From positions 19,453,028 to 19,517,027 of the forward strand of contig CM082576.2 in assembly GCA_040954595.2 (NCBI GenBank): a stretch of DNA of 64,000 nt. Direction: 5' to 3'. The stretch comes from Balanoglossus misakiensis (Eukaryota; Animalia; Hemichordata). Shown here piece after piece: positions 1 to 11,600 of the stretch (positions are counted from its first letter, which is position 1; the number at the start of each line of letters is the position of its first letter). Under the pieces are notes generated by a model that saw only the letters and a list, made by a program, of their open reading frames with translations, was not told the DNA's origin and did not search any database. A program made the translations under genes and the position numbers.

Positions 1-109
1 TGGGAGATCGAGACATTTTACATTCTCAGCAACGTACGACATATGGACGCGAGTCTACATGCTACATGCTGCAGTGTATGTACGTTCAAATGTTCGGCGT
101 AATAAAATT

Positions 110-291
110 AATAACACATTATGCTCGGGCAACATCACGATTTGAAGCCTGCCCTCGGGCTGGTGATCTCTGACCAAAATATTGATGATACCCTCGCCTG
201 CGGCTCGGGCATCATCAATATTATGGTCAGAGATCACCATCCCTCATGCAGGCTTCAAATCGTGATATTGCCCTCGCTATCATGTGTTATT
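110..291. mobile_element. Palindromic non-autonomous element (~180-bp hairpin)
   Basis: Arms aataacacat...atcacgatttgaagcctgc...ggtgatctctgacca..atattgatga and its reverse complement surround a ctcgcctgcggctcg centre. This resembles palindromic invertebrate MITE ends; family not assigned. Confidence 0.6.
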
Positions 292-658
292 ATTTAAATT
301 AAACACTTTTTCTTGTTCCTCTCCTCATGAGTAACCCATCACACCCAGCTCTCTGCTTGTCAACGAGTCATGTGTATGTGTACTGACTGTTGTTATTATT
401 TACGAATGTTTTCAAACAACAACAATGCCGATTGTGCCCTCATAGGTTTCGTTGAGAAGTTAAGACTATGGATTTAACTCTGCCCTGCGTAGCTGAACAA
501 GAAACTATAATTGATACACAGAATAGAAATACTGAAAAATGCAAAAAGTTACAGCTAATGGGGCTTAAGTCATGAAACCGTGTTTATTTTCATGTATATT
601 GGCTTGAGACAGCTCACTATTTATGATGTGTGTTGTGACATTTTTTTATTCTTTTCAG

Positions 659-860
659 TTTCTACATTTTGACACTGAACTTTATTATGATACTGTTGTC
701 ATTGTCGAGGTGTCTGTGTTTGACCCATCCAAAGTTCTTGCCACATACAGTGGACCGGACCAGCCTGATGAAGTTATTAGCAGTGGTAATGCAATGTTGG
801 TGAAATTTCTCTCAGATAGTTCGCATACTGCTACTGGCTTTGAAGCATCTTGGCAAGCAG
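659..860 (+). CDS. Exon: C-terminal half of CUB domain
   Basis: ttttcag|TTT...GCAG|gtaat; FLHFDTELYYDTV...SSGNAMLVKFLSDSSHTATGFEASWQA. Phase 0 to phase 1. Confidence 0.9.
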
Positions 861-1153
861 GTAATACCAAGTTTTATACATAATGTAAAACTGGAAATTT
901 TCGCAAACGATAAATTTTCGCGAACTACACATAAACTTTGCATGTGTGGACACAAGGCAACTAAAAGCATTAATGCTCTGTGTTTACCTTAGGCAAATAG
1001 TGTCTCTGAAACGTTTCGAATTTTACCCTACGTGAACCTGGTATAACATTATAGATTGCACATGTAGGCAATATTTGCCCTACCTCGACTGTGATCTTGC
1101 TGATGTCCTGTTTGTGAAGTGTTTCTGTTAAGATGACTTCTTCTTTCTTTCAG

Positions 1154-1305
1154 TGTATTCTTTGTGTGGTGGGAATTCCATAGCACAGTCATATAAACAG
1201 AATCTCAGCAGTACAGAATATTTTGAAGGCAAGAATTATCTCAACAATGAAGATTGTAACTGACAGCTGGCATCATTCACAACAGAATTTGTTGTCACTT
1301 TACAG
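1154..1305 (+). pseudogene. Exon: N-terminal half of CUB domain with in-frame stop
   Basis: tttcag|TG...TTACAG|gtagt; YSLCGGNS...NYLNNEDCN*QLAS...VTLQ. TGA at 1261-1263 replaces the conserved C-x-W tryptophan. Confidence 0.85.
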
Positions 1306-2062
1306 GTAGTGGATTCAGATGCAATTAATCGTGTGAGTTGTTTTACAGCATGACAAAAATTAGTAATTATATTTTTAAAAATACATTTTATTTTTGTCAT
1401 TTCTGGTCAATTCTCAGTAGTCACTTTTCCGATTTCTTAAAATTTGGTTTACAAGGACCTACAATATTTGTTATTATGGTGTACATAAACATGTGACAAA
1501 TATCAATACTGGGGAGGAGGGGGGTGGGTAGTTTTAGACATTTTTGGTCCAAAAGTCCACTTATGTCAGAAACGGCTCTTCCAGTTGTTTTGGATTTTGG
1601 TTTATTGGGATGTGAAAATATTCTTTATCAGATGTATTCTTATATTACCTCATCAATGCTAAAGGTGTCCTTATATTGTCCCTTTAAATCACTTAAAATC
1701 ATTCCCAAAGAATTTCAACCCAGTAAGAATTGTAAGGATCACAGATCTATCTTCTTTTGCCATTCTTTCTGGAAGTTTATAATATAAGCTAATCTGATAC
1801 TGGGTCATTATGGAACTTTTTAACAGAAAAAATAACAAAATGTGAAAAAAGTTAAATGAGTTTAATTTGATAACTACATGTATAACGACAGAAAGGTTTG
1901 ACCTAAGAAAGTCATATACAGTTAACAGTCATTTCTTCTGTCGCGTACGACTTTTTATCCAGAAGGCAATTATTATGTGATTTGATCCCCTAGCACAAAA
2001 TAAAAGGCAGCCAGGATTACACCAAACCTGTGGATTGAATTCATTATTCCTTGTTTGGTATT

Positions 2063-2810
2063 TTTAGCTTGGCTGTCACTTGTGTCAGCCAAGCTGTAGC
2101 AGTAGGTTGATAAGTGTCCGTCTGTCGTCCGGCGTCCGTTGTCCGTCGTCCGTCAACTTTCGGTATTTCAATCTTCTTCGTTAAAACGACATTGCATATT
2201 TAGCTATAATTTGGTAGGAATGTGTGTTATGGTGCCCCTACCTGATTTTGTAAATTTGGATTTGATGGGGTCATAAATATGCAAATTAGATCTAAAAATA
2301 GAATGTTGGTCAAACATTTTCTTCTCCCTAACTACATGTACGATGGAGCTGAAATTTGGCAGGAATGTGTGTTATGGTGCCCCTACCTGATTTCATAAAT
2401 TTGGATATGATCGGGTCATGAATATGCAAATTAGATCTAAAAATATAATTTTTGGTAAAAAATCTTCTTCTCCCTAACTACATGTACGATGGAGCTGAAA
2501 TTTGGTAGAATGTGTGTTATGGTGCCCCTACCTGATTTTGTTTTATTGGAATTTTGATCGGGTCATGAATATGCAAATTAGTACCTTGGTACTTCCTTTT
2601 GATGTTGTTCTTTAGGAATAAATTCTTTCTTTCTTTAGCACAATGAATCAGGCTGAATGTGGATATTAAATACTTGTGATGTCTATGTTTGGTTTTGTTT
2701 AATAGAATACAATTGTTATGATTAAAACCTAGGGTATTCATATCATTGCCCAGCTATAGGTTTCACTGTTAAAGTCAGCAGAGCTCTTTTGACCGATAGG
2801 TCACTTGTTT
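2063..2810 (+). mobile_element. Helentron-associated (HINE-like) non-autonomous element
   Basis: Starts tttttagcttggctg..cagccaagct (hairpin), then a ccgtc microsatellite and about three ~145-bp internal tandem units. Ends ggtcacttgttt. Confidence 0.6.
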
Positions 2811-2818
2811 CTTTAAAG

Positions 2819-3003
2819 GTTGCCAGGGAATTGAAATTCTGCGTAGTTTTGGCACGATTCAGTCACCAGGGTATGATGTTAGCACTTACCCTGATGATGT
2901 TATGTGTAGCTGGTTAATCAAGGAACCAACTGGAAGACCATTAACTCTTATCTTTGATGAGAACTTTGGATTAGAGAGGAACACAGATGTTGATTACATC
3001 ATT
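2819..3003 (+). CDS. Exon: N-terminal part of CUB domain
   Basis: ttaaag|GT...ATT|gtgagt; CQGIEILRSFGTIQSPGYDVSTYPDDVMCSWLIKEPTGRPLTLIFDENFGLE. Phase 1 to phase 0. Confidence 0.9.
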
Positions 3004-3169
3004 GTGAGTATCAGATATGATCATGAGTCAGCCATGTTAAAAATATTTGTCATATTAAAAAATTTGTCATATTATTTTGCAGTGATTTTAGTTTGAAAAT
3101 TTTGGCAGACATTACTTCAAACTATACAACTTTGGAACACAATTTGGAGATTTAATTAATCACATATAT

Positions 3170-4058
3170 ACTGTAAAACGGGATACTTTTGCAACATGAA
3201 ATTTTCGCGTTATCAAAAGAGGCAAGTGTTATGCAACAATAACTTTTCACGTTCTTGTATTTCACTGCATCATTATCCCCGAAAAACATTTTTACGCAAC
3301 TTTTTATTTTCATGTTTTGATGGCTCTCACGTAGATCGCGAAAATTTATTGTTTGCGAACATTTCCCATTTTACAGTATGTTGAGTAGCTGTTACAGCAG
3401 GAAATGCAACAAGGATTGAATACTATAAAATTTTCGTGAACGATAAATTTTCGTAAACTATGTGAGAGCCAAAAAATATGAAAATAAAAAGTCGCTTAAA
3501 ATGCTTCAGAGATAACAATGCAGTAAAATATGGCAATGTGAAAATTAATTGTCGCGTAACAGTAGCCACCTTTGATATCGCGAAAATTTCCTGTTGTGAA
3601 GATTTCCCGTTTTACGGTATTTACAATGCATGCTTAATTTGTCTTTGTTTCTGAAGGTATACAATGGTACTGAGAGTGATGATGATGTCATTATTGGTCC
3701 ATGGAGTGGCAATTCTGATGGAGTCATTGATGGCACAGTGCCACCACCCGATTGCCGTACAGACATTGGACACTTTTCGGTTGTGTTCAGGAGTAGTAGA
3801 ACACGACCAGCTAAAGGATTCAGGGCTTCATTTTCACCAGGTACACATACTGTAAAACACTTTATTTTCACGAGTTGAAATTTTTCGCGACATCGAGAGA
3901 GGCCACTGTTTCGCCAGTATTAATTTTCGCGTTCTCTTATTTCGTTCATTGCATCTTTATCTTCAAAAAAATTACGCAACTTTTTATTTTCACGCTATTT
4001 TGGCTCTCGCGTATTTCGCGAAAATCTCTTGCTCGCGAAAATAAAGTGTTTTACAGTA
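3170..4058. mobile_element. Three ~200-bp TA-flanked palindromic MITEs (Tc1/mariner-pogo type) in introns
   Basis: tactgtaaaac...ttttacagta-type termini at about 3170-3379, 3421-3619 and 3848-4058. Relatives at about 880-930, 6674-6870 and 30567-30767. Confidence 0.7.
3657..3840 (+). CDS. Exon: C-terminal part of CUB domain
   Basis: ctgaag|GTA...CCAG|gtaca; VYNGTESDDDVIIGPWSG...FSVVFRSSRTRPAKGFRASFSP. Confidence 0.9.
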
Positions 4059-4576
4059 ACTTACTAACATTTCAGAAAAAGTTGTTACAGAATTCTTAGA
4101 AACACACTCTCCCTTTATTCCTTGTGATTTAGAGTCATTAATTGAAAGGTGCAAATGTTTTTGAATTTTTACGAAACTTCAAAGAGCTGGAAAAACAGAG
4201 ACAGTAATTTCTTACAATTGCAATGCAATTTTGGACCATTGACAGGAATGGCAACACTCTTGTATCACACTCAATAAAGTGATGGGGTCGTCGCACTGCG
4301 TTTGTTTGTTTATAAACATTGCAATTCATCCACAAATCCCTGAAATTAGACAGCCACGACCTACTAGGATCTTCAGTTGCTGTCATGGACAGTCTAGGAT
4401 ACTGTCAGCTGCTTCGTTCATTCTAAGAATTATCTTATTTGAGGGATTTGTGGATGAATTGTAATGTTTATAAACAAACGCATTGCGACGACCCCTTCAC
4501 TTTAAAACAACTGACATTTATGAGTTTAAGTATTTGTCTGCATGCATTCTTATCATTGTGATCCTTGTTCTGACAG

Positions 4577-4677
4577 ACTGTCCCGAAATTGTGATTAGTG
4601 AGGGCGTGGTGACCAGTACAGAGATAGAAGGTATGATGTCTCTGTCTCATTCCAATGCTCGGACGGTTATCCAGTAG
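4577..4677 (+). pseudogene. Broken Sushi exon
   Basis: gacag|AC TGT CCC: DCPEIVISEGVVTST. After a frameshift near 4621 it reads DRRYDVSVSFQCSDGYPV, then stops at a TTAA plus Kolobok-type end at 4678-4682. Confidence 0.7.
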
Positions 4678-4681
4678 TTAA

Positions 4682-4810
4682 AGGGGATGTCCGGTCTAGC
4701 TGATATCTACATAATTTTGTAGCTTTGAGGTCACTCTTTCAGGAAAAAAAAAACATTTTCGCCGTGTATAAGTCGTACCAGCTATGCAAATATGCCTAGC
4801 CTGGTGTCTT
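4682..4810. mobile_element. Kolobok-type MITE fragment (same family as 10194-10802)
   Basis: TTAA then aggggatgtccgg..tagctgatatctacataatttt.gtagctttga.gtcactctttcag, matching the left arm at 10194. No right end seen. Confidence 0.7.
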
Positions 4811-4922
4811 GTATCCAAGATAATTAATGAAAAAAGTGCAGTGATGAGAGAGACTTAATTTGTCTCTTGAATCTATTGTTAGCAACAACTTGAATGACAC
4901 TAATTTGTTGTTTATTTTTTAG

Positions 4923-5102
4923 GAATAACATGTGGTGGACCCCCTGAGTGCAGCAATGGAATTCTTACCAATGTTACCAGTACAGTGTATGGTGGCATTG
5001 CTTATTATCAATGCATTGAGGGCTATCAGTTTATAAATAATGTGTCTTCATTGGAATGCCAAGCAGATGGTGTCTGGGGTCCACTTGTGCCCCAATGCGA
5101 GC
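4923..5102 (+). CDS. Exon: Sushi/CCP domain
   Basis: tttttag|GA...GAGC|gtaagt; ITCGGPPECSNG...YQCIEGYQF...LECQADGVWGPLVPQCE. Phase 1-1, 180 nt. Confidence 0.9.
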
Positions 5103-5205
5103 GTAAGTTGATATTTTTGAAAACAATTAAACTGCCATTGTAGTGCACACTTAGGAGACGGATTTTCAGAAAAATGTTAGTCCTCTGAACCTTTCAGTGC
5201 TTTAA

Positions 5206-5505
5206 AGCCACTAGAGCTGCCACTTTTTGCATTTATTTTCAGATTTTATTTTCCGACGTAGATTGGTACATTGAAATAATTAAGCTTACTGATAGGGATA
5301 CAAGAACATGTCATCAATGCCTGATTGTGGCTGTATGTTGCAATTTAAACGTGCAATGTATTAAACAGGTGCCGTACCCATTTTATTAAAATCAGCCTCC
5401 ATACAAACAGTATGCAGCTAGCTATCGTGGTATGCATCACCATAGATTTGAAAGGTTTTACTGTGGAAAAGAAAAAAATTGTGAAATTTGGCAGCTCTAG
5501 AGGCT
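5206..5505. mobile_element. Kolobok-type MITE
   Basis: TTAA on both sides. TIR agccactagagctgcca / tggcagctctagaggct (16/17), AG..CT termini. Confidence 0.8.
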
Positions 5506-5806
5506 TTAAAGTGTGTGATGAGTCGTTTTGAAAACAAAGTATAACACAGGGTGTTCACTGCCATGTTTTCATAAAAATCACTGACTCAAGTTGAAATTCT
5601 CTCCATAGCGTTATGATGGGGCACTTTGTGCTGGTTGCTACATTCCACATGGGTGTCTAATTGGGACATTACACACTGAATGTTAAACCAGACACTGGTA
5701 ACTTGAAAATATGCAGGATTGTGAGGGTTACTGCTACATGTCCCTCTAAACCATTTTCCTAGTATTAACACACTTGTAATGTTATCTGTTCATCTTATCC
5801 AAACAG

Positions 5807-5989
5807 CTCGCGAGTGTCCACCACCGAATGTAGACAACTACTTATCATATGAAATTGTTAATGGTGATTCATTGATTTTTGGAACAACCGTTGCCTACTC
5901 ATGTCCATCTGGCTACAGTCTGACTGGCTACACTGTCTCTACATGTGGTGAAGATGGATCATGGATTGGAGATCCAGGATACTGTCAAC
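5807..5989 (+). CDS. Exon: Sushi/CCP domain
   Basis: aaacag|CT...CAAC|gtaagt; RECPPPNVD...VAYSCPSGYSLTGYTVSTCGEDGSWIGDPGYCQ. Confidence 0.92.
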
Positions 5990-6299
5990 GTAAGTCATTT
6001 AAGGATGTACATTCAGTAAAATTGAAAATATGGTCATTTCTTTTAATTGTTAATTTTTGGATTATCCTATGTATGTATAATGAAAATTTGTGATAAAATA
6101 TAGGGGTCACCACGCTTGTTTTTGAAATACAGAGTCATGAATTTAGTCGATAATTGAAAAAAAGGAGTCAATGGTATCTGGACTTTTATAGTGGGAACTT
6201 GGGGTGAAAATGTTAAAGTTGTGACAGAATACAGATACCCAATATATATACCACAATCAAGTCTGCATCCACATAGTGTTTTATTTTTTTTACTTGCAG

Positions 6300-6482
6300 G
6301 ATTGAACTGCAGTGATATACTCATAACAGACCCACATCTACAAGCTGTCCCTGATAGTGGACCATATTATATGGGCAGTAACATCACATTCTATTGTAAT
6401 GCTGGCTATGAATTAAATGGTGCTGATTACCTGACTTGTCAATCCGATTTACAGTGGAATAGTGCAATACCATCATGCATTG
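6300..6482 (+). CDS. Exon: Sushi/CCP domain
   Basis: ttgcag|GA...ATTG|gtaagt; LNCSDIL...ITFYCNAGYELNGADYLTCQSDLQWNSAIPSCI. Confidence 0.92.
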
Positions 6483-6958
6483 GTAAGTTCACATCAAGAT
6501 TGGTCTTCATGTGGTTGTCTGCTTATGAGGTACCGTAATCGATCACTCCAGTAATTTGACTATTTATCATAAATGTCACCTAAACTACATGCTGATAGGA
6601 CATACAGTTCATGCCATGCAAATCTATGGCTGTCAGAAATTTCATGATTTTCGTAATTTTATTTTTCATTGATTACTGTAAAACAGGAAATTTTCGCGAC
6701 AAAGAAATTTTTTGCGATATCAAAAGCAGAAACTGTTATGAGACGATTAATTTTCATGTTCTCGTATTTCACTACATTGTTATCACTGAAAATAGTTTTT
6801 TACACAAAAATGTCTTTTTTTGGGGCTCTTGCATAGTTCGCGAAAATTTGTTTGTGAAAATTTCCTGTTGGTCTGGTGGTTCCCAGCTAAACTTGTTGGT
6901 CTGAATTTACCAGCGGACCTGTGGGATTTTGATCATATCTTGATGAATAACATTTCAG

Positions 6959-7087
6959 ATATCAATGAATGTAGTACATTGGTGGCACGGTGTGGAATCA
7001 ATCAAGTCTGTGTAAATAGAGATGGTGACTATCAGTGTGCATGTTTGGTGGGATTTGAACCAGATGTGAATGGAACAGCATGCAAAG
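6959..7087 (+). CDS. Exon: calcium-binding EGF domain
   Basis: tttcag|AT...AAAG|gtgag; DINECSTLVARCGINQVCVNRDGDYQCACLVGFEPDVNGTACK. Confidence 0.92.
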
Positions 7088-7608
7088 GTGAGACATAAAC
7101 AAGTCACTTGCAACATAACTTCAAGTCACTATTTTCACATTTAACACATTCCGAACTTATTTCAGAATTCCGGATAAATTTTTGGAATGACCTTTTAATC
7201 TCAGGTGTCTTTTTCTCATAGGATTACATTGATAATTGCTAGAAAACAAACTTCTACTATTGTCATTTTCACGAAATTTTACACATAGCTCAGTCTAGTA
7301 AATATAAATTCATTGGTCAAATAAAATTGTGTGATTACAATGCTCTATTTTGAGATAAATTTCTTTAAGGTTTTTGTCCATAGACAAACCATTGGTGAAC
7401 CATGCTGAGTCAGCAGGTTTCTTCTATTATCAACTAAATTAATGGCCTTGTATTTCAAAAGCAAGCAAGGTGACGCCTTTATTTTATCACAGATTCATCT
7501 TGTACGTACACAAGATAATCCCAAAATTCACGATTAAAAGAAATGACAATACTTTCAATTTTACTGAACGTACATTGTTTTAATCCAATCCATGTTCCTT
7601 CTTTGTAG

Positions 7609-7794
7609 ATATAAATGAATGTGCTTCACATTCTTGTGATCAACTTTGTAAAAACACTGCAGGTGGTTTTCAATGTTCCTGTGAAGAAGGCTATCTCTTA
7701 TATGCAAATAACGGCACAGGTGGATTCTATCTGCCACCTGGAGAAACTGGTCTCTCAATGTATGATGTCTACACTTTTAACCAATCATGTGTTC
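7609..7794 (+). CDS. Exon: calcium-binding EGF domain with long insert
   Basis: ttgtag|AT...GTTC|gtaagt; DINECASHSCDQLCKNTAGGFQCSCEEGYLLYANNGTGGFYLPPGETGLSMYDVYTFNQSCV. This reading frame is not in the ORF track. Confidence 0.9.
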
Positions 7795-8309
7795 GTAAGT
7801 ATCATGTTAAACTATAGAGTTAAAGGTATATGATCACCCATGGAAAATTAGCTATATATAGTTACCATGGAAAATTGAAATCTAGCCAATCACAGATTTT
7901 CATTTGGTGGCACACGTGGAAAACAGGCGCCACCATATGTTCTTTAGAATGCTCAAATACGCCATTCAGCCATATATGGGAATGTGTATTGAAGGTGACT
8001 GTATACTTTTAACCAAGATTTGTCATATTATTGACCTTTATACCGCAATGAATTTGCAGCAACAAAAAGTGGACAAAAAGCTGAATTTCATAATTGGATT
8101 TCATAATTTTGCCGTAATTCAATAATGAAATGTGGAGAAAGTCAGCAGACCAACTTTGCACTGTTATTATTTATTTTGGATTTGTTTCCCTCCTGCTAAC
8201 AAAAGTGTCCTCTCACCTCATGGCATGAAGATGCATTGAATTCTGAGAAAAAGGGGATTAATACTTGAGTGTATTTACAAAGACAAACAAGCTCACTGGT
8301 AGCATTTAA

Positions 8310-8416
8310 AGGGGAAGTCCGGTTCAGCTACATAATTGGGTAGCTTTGAGGTCATTCTTTCAGAAAAAAACATTGTGTAGAAATTATGCATAAATCAGCT
8401 GGACAGGACTTCCCTT
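8310..8416. mobile_element. Minimal (107-bp) Kolobok-type MITE
   Basis: TTAA-aggggaagtcc...ggacttccctt-TTAA; internally deleted relative of 10194-10802. Confidence 0.7.
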
Positions 8417-8627
8417 TTAATATTTCCAAGCAAGGCAATTGGTTTACTGCAACAATTACTTTGAAAACACAGTGTAAAACAACAATCATGATATGAATGT
8501 TACTTTAATAGATAGTCATACTTATATAAGCATGACTGTCTATGTTGGTCTGTAAGTTGTATTTGAAAGAAAAGTTTCATGTACGAATAGTACAAAGATT
8601 AACATTTAGTCCACAAAACCTACCATT

Positions 8628-11600
8628 AACATTAACCAGAGCACACAGTAACCAGGCCAGAGTGGCCAGTATCGTGCCCATTAATTTTGAGTGTTTGATG
8701 GGGGTCAACCTTTGCGTGAACATTAACCAGAGCACACAGTAACCAGGCCGTAGTGGACAGTGTTCTGCCCATTAATTTTGAGTGTTTGGTGGGGTCAACC
8801 TTTGCGTCAACATTAACCAGAGCACACAGTAACCAGGCCATAGTGGACAGTGTTCTGCCCATTAATTTTGAGTGTTTGGTGGGGTCAACCTTTGCGTCAA
8901 CATTAACCAGAGCACACAGTAACCAGGCCATAGTGGACAGTGTGCTGCCCATTAATTTTGAGTGTTTGGTGGGGTCAACCTTTGCGTCAACATTAACCAG
9001 AGCACGCAGTAACCAGGCCGTAGTGGACAGTGTTCTGCCCATTAATTTTGAGTGTTTGGTGGGGTCAACCTTTGCGTCAACATTAACCAGAGCACGCAGT
9101 AACCAGGCCGTAGTGGACAGTGTTCTGCCCATTAATTTTGAGTGTTTGGTGGGGTCAACCTTTGCGTCAACATTAACTAGGCCAGAGTGGCCAGTATCGT
9201 GCCCATTAATTTTTAGTGTTTGGTGGGGTCAACCTTTGCGTCAACATTAACTAGGCCAGAGTGGCCAGTATCGTGCCCATCAATTTTGAGTGTTTGGTGG
9301 GGTCAACCTTTGCGTCAACATTAACTAGGCCAGAGTGGCCAGTATCGTGCCCATTAATTTTGAGTGTTTGGTGGGGTCAACCTTTGCGTCAACATTAACT
9401 AGGCCAGAGTGGCCAGTATCGTGCCCATTAATTTTGAGTGTTTGGTGGGGGTCAACCTTTGCGTCAACATTAACCAGAGCACACAGTAACCAGGCCGTAG
9501 TGGACAGTGTTCTGCCCATTAATTTTGAGTGTTTGGTGGGGTCAACCTTTGCGTCAACATTAACCAGAGCACACAGTAACCAGGCCATAGTGGACAGTGT
9601 GCTGCCCATTAATTTTGAGTGTTTGGTGGGGTCAACCTTTGCGTCAACATTAACCAGAGCACACAGTAACCAGGCCATAGTGGACAGTGTGCTGCCCATT
9701 AATTTTGAGTGTTTGGTGGGGTCAACCTTTGCGTCAACATTAACCAGAGCACACAGTAACCAGGCCATAGTGGACAGTGTTCTGCCCATTAATTTTGAGT
9801 GTTTGGTGGGGTCAACCTTTGCGTCAACATTAACCAGAGCACACAGTAACCAGGCCGTAGTGGACAGTGTTCTGCCCATTAATTTTGAGTGTTTGGTGGG
9901 GTCAACCTTTGCGTCAACATTAACCAGAGCACACAGTAACCAGGCCGTAGTGGACAGTGTTCTGCCCATTAATTTTGAGTGTTTGGTGGGGTCAACCTTT
10001 GCGTCAACATTAACCAGAGCACACAGTAACCAGGCCATAGTGGACAGTGTTCTGCCCATTAATTTTGAGTGTTTGGTGGGGTCAACCTTTGCGTCAACAT
10101 TAACCAGAGCACACAGTAACCAGGCCGTAGTGGACAGTGTTCTGCCCATTAATTTTGAGTGTTTGGTGGGGTCAACCTTTGCGTCAACATTAAAGGGGAA
10201 ATCCGTTGTAGCTGATTTCTACATAATTTGGTAGCTTTGATGTCACTCTTTCAGAAAAAAACATATTCGCCATGTATAGGTCGCGCGATTTTTTACAAAA
10301 TCTAGGGAAAGTTGGCAGAATTTCCAATATGGCGTTTACTGTAATTTGAATCATGGGAAAAAAAGCGCCAGGACCAACTTCCGCCCACCATGGTGTGGGT
10401 GATACCATTCTCCGATAGGTGTCACTGGGCGACAGACTAGGCGTATTTTCATAGCTATTGTTTGTTCTTTGCATCAGTTGATAAACAATCATCAGCAAAG
10501 TCGAAAATTTGTCATCTATTGACAGTTTTCATGAGCTATAACCCATCGAAAATATGCAAATACGCTTAGCTTGTGACGCAGTGACACCAATCGGAAAATG
10601 GTATCACCCACACTAAGGTGGGCGGAAGTTGGTCCTGGCGCTTTTTTTCCCATGATTCAAATTACAGTAAACGCCATATTGGAACTTTCTCTAGATTTTG
10701 TAAAAAATCGCGCGACCTATACATGGCGAATATGTTTTTTTCTGAAAGAGTGACATCAAAGCTACCAAATTATGTAGAAATCAGCTACGACGGATTTCCC
10801 CTTTAACCAGAGCACACAGTAACCAGGCCATAGTAAACAGTGTGCTGCCCATTAATTTTGAGTGTTTGGTGGGGTCAACCTTTGCGTCAACATTAACCAG
10901 AGCACACAGTAACCAGGCCGTAGTGGACAGTGTTCTGCCCATTAATTTTGAGTGTTTGGTGGGGTCAACCTTTGCGTCAACATTAACCAGAGCACACAGT
11001 AACCAGGCCATAGTGGACAGTGTTCTGCCCATTTATTTTGAGTGTTTGGTGGGGTCAACCTTTGCGTCAACATTAACCAGAGCACACAGTAACCAGGCCG
11101 TAGTGGACAGTGTTCTGCCCATTAATTTTGAGTGTTTGGTGGGGTCAACCTTTGCGTCAACATTAACCAGAGCACACAGTAACCAGGCCGTAGTGGACAG
11201 TGTTCTGCCCATTAATTTTGAGTGTTTGGTGGGGTCAACCTTTGCGTCAACATTAACCAGAGCACACAGTAACCAGGCCAGAGTGGCCAGTATCGTGCCC
11301 ATTAATTTTGAGTGTTTGATGGGGGTCAACCTTTGCGTCAACATTAACCAGAGCACACAGTAACCAGGCCGTAGTGGACAGTGTTCTGCCCATTAATTTT
11401 GAGTGTTTGGTGGGGTCAACCTTTGCGTCAACATTAACCAGAGCACACAGTAACCAGGCCATAGTGGACAGTGTGCTGCCCATTAATTTTGAGTGTTTGG
11501 TGGGGTCAACCTTTGCGTCAACATTAACCAGAGCACACAGTAACCAGGCCGTAGTGGACAGTGTTCTTCCCATTAATTTTGAGTGTTTGGTGGGGTCAAC

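Larger units (their letters stand above)
659..7794 (+). pseudogene. uif: uninflatable-like CUB/Sushi/cbEGF extracellular protein gene fragment, disrupted
   Basis: Ten exons with AG acceptors (nine with GT donors) in the order CUB-CUB-CUB-Sushi x4-cbEGF x2. The last EGF has a long insert (GYLLYANNGTGGFYLPPGETGLSMYDVYTFNQSCV) that I recall from Uif-type proteins; not searched. Lesions: TGA at 1261, missing CUB half exon, frameshift near 4621. Confidence 0.65.

Noticed and set aside
1261-1263. TGA as selenocysteine or Trp recoding
   Set aside because: It sits at a Trp position, other exons use TGG for Trp, and independent lesions nearby favour a nonsense mutation.
4577-4630. Intact 54-nt micro-exon using GAAG|gtatga
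   Set aside because: Possible as a cryptic donor, but the Sushi motif FQCSDGY continues downstream in another frame, indicating a broken longer exon.
10194-10802. piggyBac assignment from the TTAA TSD
   Set aside because: Termini are AG..CT, not CC..GG.
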